Part shown: positions 45,725-52,497 of the stretch, in pieces
Layout: each line of letters begins with the position of its first letter
How positions within the stretch are numbered: position 1 is the first letter of the stretch
Assembly: GCA_964597925.1 (NCBI GenBank)
Contig: CAZQZT010000004.1
Location: 1-52,497 of the forward strand
Reading direction: 5' to 3'
Length of the DNA: 52,497 nt
Source of the DNA: an uncultured Candidatus Saccharibacteria bacterium
GTDB taxonomy: Bacteria > Patescibacteriota > Saccharimonadia > Saccharimonadales > JBBQAJ01
The notes under the pieces: generated by a model
Databases searched by the model: none
What the model was told of the DNA's origin: nothing
Seen by the model: only the letters and a program-made list of their open reading frames with translations
Translations under genes and position numbers: made by a program

Positions 45725-48700
45725 ATGAACAGAATTCGCAAAAGTTCAAGCAGACTGAAGAACTTTCTTCTTATATTAGTAATTGTCACAGGCCAAGTTG
45801 CCACTGCAACGGGGCCATTTTTATCTCTACAGAAAGCCAGCGCTGCCCCAATTTGCGTTAACGATTCTGCTGGTGCAAATGACGAACCTGGGCAAAAAGA
45901 CCTAACAAAATTATGTGTTGATTACGCCGGTGCACCTACTAATGTGTCTACCACTTGGAACTGGGACGAACTTGGTACTTCAGGCTCAAACACACTTGAT
46001 GCTTGTAATTTATTTGATACAGATGGCGACGGTAACATAAATAATGCAGTCTGTGTAACAACTACTGGCAATCCAGCCACATTACAATCCGTAACAACTT
46101 ATTCGTGTGGTGACACCAAAATTGACCGATGTACTAGCACTGCGACAATAATTTCAAGTACAGGAACTTCTTGTACTGTAACTCAACAACCCACCGATCC
46201 ATTCCCAACTGGTGATAGTTTTAATGAAGATACTCAGGGTGCCTGCAACATACTTTTATCTACAGTAGGAGGATCATCTGCCAAACTCATTGATGTTTGT
46301 TCATATCCATCGGCTCAACCCAACTCAGACCCATCTGATTGTGTTATAGCTAGAAATGACTTTGGTAAAGTTGAACTTAAAAAAGACCTAGTCCCAAATA
46401 GCGACACTGGCAAATTTAACCTGACCGTAAATGGCCCAGAAGCAAGTGATACAACTACAGTAAATAACGTTGGGGACAGCGGGACAACGGGTGAATTAGT
46501 AGTCAAAAAAGGAAGTGTAGTTGTTAGTGAAACAGCTGGAACTTCAACATCACTGGCAAACTACAATACGACTATTGAGTGTAGAGATTTAAATGGTACT
46601 GGTACGCCACCACTTACCACAACTAGCGTAAACCTTACCGACGCAACAACTAGACAGGCTACCTTTACGTTAGTTGAAGATGCTGATGTGATTTGTGTAA
46701 TTACTAACACACGTCAACAAGCATCTCTAATTTTGCAAAAGACTGTAATGAATGATAATGGTGGAACGTTAACACAATCTAGTTTCCCAGTTGCAATAGG
46801 TGGGGCTACCGCTCAATGGGGTTCTAATACCGTTAGCCCCGGTACATATACTGTCAGCGAAACCCAACAATCAGGATATCAGGCCTCCGTATGGAGTGGA
46901 GATTGTGATGCTAACGGAAACGTTACATTGACCGATAACCAAACAAAGACTTGCTCAATTACAAACAACGATCAGCCTGGACAAATACGCGTTATAAAAA
47001 GCGTTACTAATGACAATGGTGGTAACGCAGTAGCGAGCGATTTCCAACTAAATATTAACGGAGTTGCTAAAAACCAAAACCAGTATTACAGCTCCAATGC
47101 CGGTACATATACCGTAAGTGAAAATGCTGTTACAGGTTACGCGCAGACTAGTATTGCTTGTAGAAATGACGCTAACCAACAAGTCGTTGCTCACCCCGTC
47201 ACACTTGCCCTAGCTCAATCCGTCACATGTACTGTCACTAATGACGACAACGCTCCGCAGCTAAAAGTGGTCAAAAACGTTACAAATGATAACGGCGGCA
47301 CTGCCCTTCCTGCCAGTTTCCAACTAACTGTAAATGGTAACAATGTTAGCCAGAACACTTCACTCGCAGGGATAAACTCAAACACAAGTTATGCCGTAAG
47401 TGAAGTTGCTAAAACTGGTTATGCTGGCACTGCCGTAACTTGCGTAGATGACACCACACAAGTAATTGTTTCAAACTCTCAATCATCAAGTGGCAACGTA
47501 AGTCTAAACGAAGGACAACAAGTAACTTGTACTGTATATAACGATGATATTGCTCCCAAACTGACTGTTATTAAAACTGTTATTAATAATGAAGGTGGCA
47601 CGCTTACTGTCAGTAGCTTCCCGCTTTATGTTGGTACAGTTCAAGTAGTAAGCGGTGTGCAGAATAACTTTAATGCGGGTATGTATGTAGTAAGCGAAAC
47701 CAACCAGCCTGGGTATACCGCAGGTAGCTGGGGAACTGACTGTGATCTTGGCGGGAACATAACACTAGCTATTGGTGGTGTATACACATGCACAATCACA
47801 AATAACGACCAACCTGCAACAATAATTGTTGATAAAGTAGTCGTTAATGACGATGGTGGAACGGCAAGTGCAAGTGATTGGACACTAAAAGTTAATCAAA
47901 CCACCGTTACTGATGAAGCGACCAATACTTTTAATGGCAATACTCTGTATACAATAAGTGAACAAAATGGACCGTCTGGTTATACTCAAACAAGTCTGAC
48001 TTGCCAAGACATAACTGATTCCCAAAATCTAGTAAATGTTACACATCCTTTCACTGCTCAACTGGGTCACACTTACCGTTGTACAATTACAAATAATGAT
48101 CAGCCTGCAAATCTAACATTGGTAAAAACCGTTACAAAAGATAATGGTGGCACAGCTACGCAAAACCTTTGGACCCTAACCGCAAATGGACCCGAAACAC
48201 TAAGCGGACAAGACGCAACCGAAAGCTCAACAACTGGTGTAAGTGGTCAAGTAAATGCTGGCACATATAACCTTTCTGAATCAGGTGGGCCATCTGGCTA
48301 TACTCCAAGTGCTTGGAACTGTACTGGTACAGGATTCCAGCAAACTGTTAGTTCAGTTGCCCTGTCACTAAATGCTAACGTAACTTGTACGATCAATAAC
48401 AACGATCAGCCTGCAACATTAGTGTTAGTAAAAAACTTACCCAACGATAATGGTGGCACAGCATCACAAAATGACTTCCCTGTGTTTATTACAGGACAAG
48501 CAGCTTCTTGGGGTAATAACACTGTAAGCGCAGGCAGTTACGTAGTTAGTGAAACTACACTTCCTGGCTACACGCCTTCAGCATGGAGTGTAAATTGTGA
48601 TGCCAACGGAAATGTTTCATTACTACCTGGAGAAACCAAGACCTGCACCATTACAAATGATGACGTTGCACCTAGCCTAACCCTGAACAAGATTGTCAGT

Positions 48701-50743
48701 AACACTCATGGTGGTTCGGCCACTGAAAGTGCCTGGATATTGACGGCAACTGGCCCAACAACTCTATCTGGAGCTGGTGCCACCGGTAGTACTGACGTAG
48801 TAAGTGTTAGTGGCTTCTCTGCTGGTACATATACTCTAAGTGAAAGCACCGGCCCTGCAGGTTACTCTGCCAGCGCTTGGACTTGTACCGATAACGTAAC
48901 AGTTAATTCCAACCGTCAGATTACGCTTGCTAACGGTCAAACGACTGTCTGTAGTATTACCAACAGTGATGTAGCACCTACGCTGACAGTTACAAAAGTT
49001 GTACTAAATCCTTACGGTACGCCATTGGCCGCTTCGGCATTCCCATTATTTGTTGATAGTACGTCAGTCACTAGTGGGGCTGCAAACACACAGTTCAATG
49101 CTGGTACGCATACTATTTCTGAGACACAACAAACTGGCTATACATTAACTGGTTTAGGCGGTGACTGTACTCAGTCAGAAGGCATAATAAGCGTGCTGCT
49201 TCGTCTAGCTGGTGCTTCTACATGTACGCTTACTAACACTGCCATACAACCAAAATTAATTGTCATAAAGCACGTTGTCAACGATAACGGTGGCACAAAA
49301 ACTGCTGCTGACTTCACTATGACAGTTCGTAATAACTCACAATCTGTAAACGATTTTGCAGGTGCAGAATCCCCAGGTACAAATATCGGCCTAAATGAAG
49401 GCAGCTACACAGTCGATGAATTAGCAGATGCTGGTTATGTAAAATCATTTAGCGATGACTGTACTGGGATAATATCTATAGGTCGGACAAAGACTTGCAC
49501 CATTACAAATGATGACGTTGCACCTGTATTGACACTTAATAAAATCGTGGTTAGCACTAATGAAGATCATCAAGCATCCAATTGGACTTTGACAGCGACA
49601 CCAACTACAGGTATAGCAATAAGTGGAAATGGTAGCGTTACACAGCAAGCAGTGGCTAACATGACCTATACTCTAAGTGAGCTAAATAAATCTGATGGTA
49701 CTTTTGATGCTAGTGCCTGGACTTGTACAGATAATGTTACTGTTACAGACAGCCAAATAGTATTGAGCGAAGGCGCAAATGTAACCTGTACCATAACCAA
49801 CACTGAGCGAGCTACAGTAGTTGTTACCAAGTACAATGACTTTAATAGAGACGGCAATAAGGACGAAACCGAACCTACCTTAGAAGGTTGGGAAATGTTA
49901 CTTAACAATGGTAACGTAGGCCCTGTCCCTCGAACAACCGGTACAGATGGCACTACAACTTTCACCAATGTAGCACCGAATAGCAGTTACGGATTAAGTG
50001 AAACTCAACAACCAGAAAATGGCTGGAACTTGTCTAATATAGTCTGTGAGAACGTAGAGGGTGATATAAACAACGCTGGAGATACATACAATTTCTATAT
50101 TATTCCCGGGCAAACTGTAAAATGTTACGTCGGTAATTATCGTGAACCAGTACTTCTACTTAGCAAGACCAATAACCGCCCTGCTCCAACATCTGTTGGC
50201 GACACCGTAACTTACACACTAGTTGTTACCGTCCCTGAAGATAGTGGCGCAGTGTTTGATACATCTGTACAAGATCTACCGCCAGAAGGTTTCAACTATG
50301 TTCCTGGAACCTGGACAGCTACCTCATCTGTGCGTGGCAATATTATAGTCAACGGACCGACTACGGAACCTACTTATGGATCTCCAGGTACATGGAAACT
50401 AGGTACTTTGCTACCTGGCGAGGTTGTAACACTGTCCTATAAGACTTTGATAGCGAGTACTGCATCTGCTGGAACCTACCCAGACATAGCATTCGCATCC
50501 GGTTGCGAGTCACCAACCGAACGTGACTGTAAATTACTTGCTAACGTCCAAAATGAAGGTGATACACCGTTTGTTGCTACACAGGTAACCGTAAGAGCAC
50601 CTCAAGTGCTTGGGGCTACTACAACTGTATTGGTCAATACTGGTGCGTCAGAGATATGGCGCAATATGATGGTTGGTACTTTGCTACTTGGATTGGCACT
50701 GGCCACAATTGATCGTCGTAATAAGAAAGGATACCGACTATGA
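45725..50743 (+). CDS. Giant surface adhesin: Cys-rich N-domain, 12 CnaB/prealbumin-like repeats, SdrD-B-like domain, DUF11, sorting signal
   Basis: SD AAGGAG before ATG 45725; signal peptide; repeats K.V.NDNGGT...VSE...C...TCTITNDD; C-terminal VNTG + TM + RRNKK. Confidence 0.85.
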   Translation: MNRIRKSSSRLKNFLLILVIVTGQVATATGPFLSLQKASAAPICVNDSAGANDEPGQKDLTKLCVDYAGAPTNVSTTWNWDELGTSGSNTLDACNLFDTDGDGNINNAVCVTTTGNPATLQSVTTYSCGDTKIDRCTSTATIISSTGTSCTVTQQPTDPFPTGDSFNEDTQGACNILLSTVGGSSAKLIDVCSYPSAQPNSDPSDCVIARNDFGKVELKKDLVPNSDTGKFNLTVNGPEASDTTTVNNVGDSGTTGELVVKKGSVVVSETAGTSTSLANYNTTIECRDLNGTGTPPLTTTSVNLTDATTRQATFTLVEDADVICVITNTRQQASLILQKTVMNDNGGTLTQSSFPVAIGGATAQWGSNTVSPGTYTVSETQQSGYQASVWSGDCDANGNVTLTDNQTKTCSITNNDQPGQIRVIKSVTNDNGGNAVASDFQLNINGVAKNQNQYYSSNAGTYTVSENAVTGYAQTSIACRNDANQQVVAHPVTLALAQSVTCTVTNDDNAPQLKVVKNVTNDNGGTALPASFQLTVNGNNVSQNTSLAGINSNTSYAVSEVAKTGYAGTAVTCVDDTTQVIVSNSQSSSGNVSLNEGQQVTCTVYNDDIAPKLTVIKTVINNEGGTLTVSSFPLYVGTVQVVSGVQNNFNAGMYVVSETNQPGYTAGSWGTDCDLGGNITLAIGGVYTCTITNNDQPATIIVDKVVVNDDGGTASASDWTLKVNQTTVTDEATNTFNGNTLYTISEQNGPSGYTQTSLTCQDITDSQNLVNVTHPFTAQLGHTYRCTITNNDQPANLTLVKTVTKDNGGTATQNLWTLTANGPETLSGQDATESSTTGVSGQVNAGTYNLSESGGPSGYTPSAWNCTGTGFQQTVSSVALSLNANVTCTINNNDQPATLVLVKNLPNDNGGTASQNDFPVFITGQAASWGNNTVSAGSYVVSETTLPGYTPSAWSVNCDANGNVSLLPGETKTCTITNDDVAPSLTLNKIVSNTHGGSATESAWILTATGPTTLSGAGATGSTDVVSVSGFSAGTYTLSESTGPAGYSASAWTCTDNVTVNSNRQITLANGQTTVCSITNSDVAPTLTVTKVVLNPYGTPLAASAFPLFVDSTSVTSGAANTQFNAGTHTISETQQTGYTLTGLGGDCTQSEGIISVLLRLAGASTCTLTNTAIQPKLIVIKHVVNDNGGTKTAADFTMTVRNNSQSVNDFAGAESPGTNIGLNEGSYTVDELADAGYVKSFSDDCTGIISIGRTKTCTITNDDVAPVLTLNKIVVSTNEDHQASNWTLTATPTTGIAISGNGSVTQQAVANMTYTLSELNKSDGTFDASAWTCTDNVTVTDSQIVLSEGANVTCTITNTERATVVVTKYNDFNRDGNKDETEPTLEGWEMLLNNGNVGPVPRTTGTDGTTTFTNVAPNSSYGLSETQQPENGWNLSNIVCENVEGDINNAGDTYNFYIIPGQTVKCYVGNYREPVLLLSKTNNRPAPTSVGDTVTYTLVVTVPEDSGAVFDTSVQDLPPEGFNYVPGTWTATSSVRGNIIVNGPTTEPTYGSPGTWKLGTLLPGEVVTLSYKTLIASTASAGTYPDIAFASGCESPTERDCKLLANVQNEGDTPFVATQVTVRAPQVLGATTTVLVNTGASEIWRNMMVGTLLLGLALATIDRRNKKGYRL

Positions 50744-51426
50744 AACGCCTAATTACAACCCTACTCCTAACCTTTGGTTTCGTCTTTGCCCAAGTTGGTA
50801 GCGTAACCGCAGCGCCCAAACAGTTATGGAAACTAGACATGTTTGACCCAGCTGCATCGACTACAAGCCGTATAATAAATATCGAATACAAGGTCTTCTC
50901 GACAATTTCAGGCGACACTTTTTCTGTTGAACTATTCGAAAATGATGCTCCTAAGGAAACTCAAAGCGTAACGCACGCTTATGGTAACTCCGGAAAATTC
51001 AGCGTGAACATGCCTACAACTGGAACATATGCATACAAGATCAAAGCTACAAATATCGGTGATCTAAACCCCACTACACAAACACGGGAAGAAACCAAAA
51101 CTGTGCAGGTTGTTGATGGTCCTGCTCCTAGCGTAACTACAGTATTCGTAAATAACGCTGCTGGTGGCGGTCAGGGTGGCGGTGGCGCACAAGTTGTTGC
51201 TCCTGTTGCAGCTGGTCAAGTTCAAGGTGCTACTACCAATGCTGGGGAAAATGCTGCAGACCAAGCCAACGACACAAAACCTGGTGACGTATTGGGGGCT
51301 AGCGCAAAAACTACTGACAATAATAGAAACCGAACCCGTAACTACACCATAGCTGGTCTAGCGGTGCTTTTGGCAGCTGGCACAGGCTATTGGTACTTTG
51401 TCTTCCGCAAGCGCAACGAAGCTTAA
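50740..51426 (+). CDS. Exported protein with C-terminal TM anchor, coupled to the adhesin
   Basis: ATGA overlap; signal peptide, beta-rich domain, Gly/Ala linker, VLGA, TM, RKR. Confidence 0.75.
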   Translation: MKRLITTLLLTFGFVFAQVGSVTAAPKQLWKLDMFDPAASTTSRIINIEYKVFSTISGDTFSVELFENDAPKETQSVTHAYGNSGKFSVNMPTTGTYAYKIKATNIGDLNPTTQTREETKTVQVVDGPAPSVTTVFVNNAAGGGQGGGGAQVVAPVAAGQVQGATTNAGENAADQANDTKPGDVLGASAKTTDNNRNRTRNYTIAGLAVLLAAGTGYWYFVFRKRNEA

Positions 51427-52451
51427 ACGGCCTTTTCTAGCTTTTCGTATCTTTGCATATCTAAACCTTCTAGCTCAGTGTCACTACAAAAAGCCACAGA
51501 CCGGCTGACCCTAATCAGCTTGCCTTCTTCGCCGATATTGGAAATCACCTCGTCTACTAATGATTCAAATAATTCCCTGTCAGGCAGTGGATCGAATTGA
51601 TCATACATAGAATATAGTGAATTTCTGTATATTGATTTGCTCAATTCGTCCCTGACCAGCAACACGCCGTCATGATTGAGCAAATAAACATGGTTAAAAT
51701 GTTTTGGAAGCATAAACCTTGCTTTTTCGGTCGTAAAGCCATCATTCATTTTGAGTGGTGGCAGACTAACAGAATCCGTAATCTCTGCTATGCGTCTGTT
51801 TATATAAACTTCATCTTCTCTGTGTTCGTGTTTGTTAAATTTCCCGCTTGTTGAGGCCACAAATTTACCATTTGATGTAAGTGTGTTTTTAGCTTCGATG
51901 AGTGCTCCATCGATATCTGTCAGATGGTATAGCATGTTGTTTGCTACGTATGCGTCAACCGTTTTATCACGAATGGGTACGTTGTTGGCATTAGCTCTGA
52001 TGAGCAATTTATGAACGTTAGTGTCTGTATAATCGTCATACAATATCAACGATTCTATCGATTCATTTGGTAAATCGGCAAAAACCAACCATGCTAACTG
52101 TTTTCGTCTTTCTGTGGCTGCAACAGAACTATCCCTAAGTACCATTTTTCTATACTGGTCGGAGTTTGGGTCACTTCCTATTAATTTTCCCCTAAATCCA
52201 CTCACGTTTAAATAATCTATAAAATGCGCGTCAGAAGTACCCATATCTAAAATAGTTGCATCCAATGAAAGTTCTAGCCCATAAAAACCCGTAACAATTT
52301 CTAATTCTTGGTCAAAAGGGTTTTCGCCTTCATTACACAGCTCTAAACTATACATAGCAAATCGAGCCAAAACATTTCTGGCATCACGATATTGAGACTG
52401 ATAATACTCCTGAGTGTTTCCCAGGGTTTCACCACCGATTTGCTGACTCAT
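51423..52451 (-). CDS. Class I SAM-dependent methyltransferase
   Basis: ILDMGTS, ANNMLYHL.D...L.E....L..NGKF. Confidence 0.8.
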   Translation of the reverse strand: MSQQIGGETLGNTQEYYQSQYRDARNVLARFAMYSLELCNEGENPFDQELEIVTGFYGLELSLDATILDMGTSDAHFIDYLNVSGFRGKLIGSDPNSDQYRKMVLRDSSVAATERRKQLAWLVFADLPNESIESLILYDDYTDTNVHKLLIRANANNVPIRDKTVDAYVANNMLYHLTDIDGALIEAKNTLTSNGKFVASTSGKFNKHEHREDEVYINRRIAEITDSVSLPPLKMNDGFTTEKARFMLPKHFNHVYLLNHDGVLLVRDELSKSIYRNSLYSMYDQFDPLPDRELFESLVDEVISNIGEEGKLIRVSRSVAFCSDTELEGLDMQRYEKLEKAV

Positions 52452-52457
52452 AATAAC

Positions 52458-52485
52458 ATTATACAACTATATCGTTTTATGTCAA
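52458..52485 (-). promoter_or_regulatory. Sigma70 promoter, leaderless configuration
   Basis: TTGACA-N16-TATAAT, then 6 nt to ATG 52451. Confidence 0.75.
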
Positions 52486-52497
52486 TACTCCTTACGC

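Noticed and set aside
719-52014. The many 60-140 aa ORFs antisense to or nested in long genes
   Set aside because: They are shadows of well-supported genes, with no motifs or expression signals
1-52497. Recoded genetic code (UGA as Gly, as in Gracilibacteria/Absconditabacteria)
   Set aside because: Conserved genes are full length under code 11, and TGA serves as stop in ATGA overlaps

Overview
Chromosomal window of a small-genome bacterium, most likely Saccharibacteria (Patescibacteria/CPR). This is inferred from gene content: DUF348-G5-transglycosylase next to rsmA, a class III pilin-like N-terminus, stand-alone receiver domains, sortase plus DUF11 surface proteins, and an XRE-MurA fusion. 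The standard genetic code is used. Core genes: rsmA, pcrA, tpiA-pgk-pyk, murD/murI/murB/murA, folD/folA/folC/glyA, and three tRNAs (Glu-UUC, Lys-CUU, Arg-UCG). Accessory content: (1) three integrase-less 0.56-0.86 kb gene cassettes stacked at the tRNA-Lys 3' end, each junction carrying the last 9 nt of the tRNA between two conserved arms; (2) a GC-rich block behind tRNA-Glu encoding an APH(3')-like kinase, a histidine phosphatase, a CGA-synthase-like glycosyltransferase and a NUDIX hydrolase; (3) a complete actinobacterial-type C50 carotenoid operon; (4) a 7TM histidine kinase / DUF2156 / arginine decarboxylase / triple-receiver locus; (5) a sortase and giant repeat adhesin separated by a 170-bp fold-back element. 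Many genes have a -10 box exactly 6 nt before the start codon, which suggests leaderless mRNAs. All family assignments come from motif recognition by eye; no database search was run.
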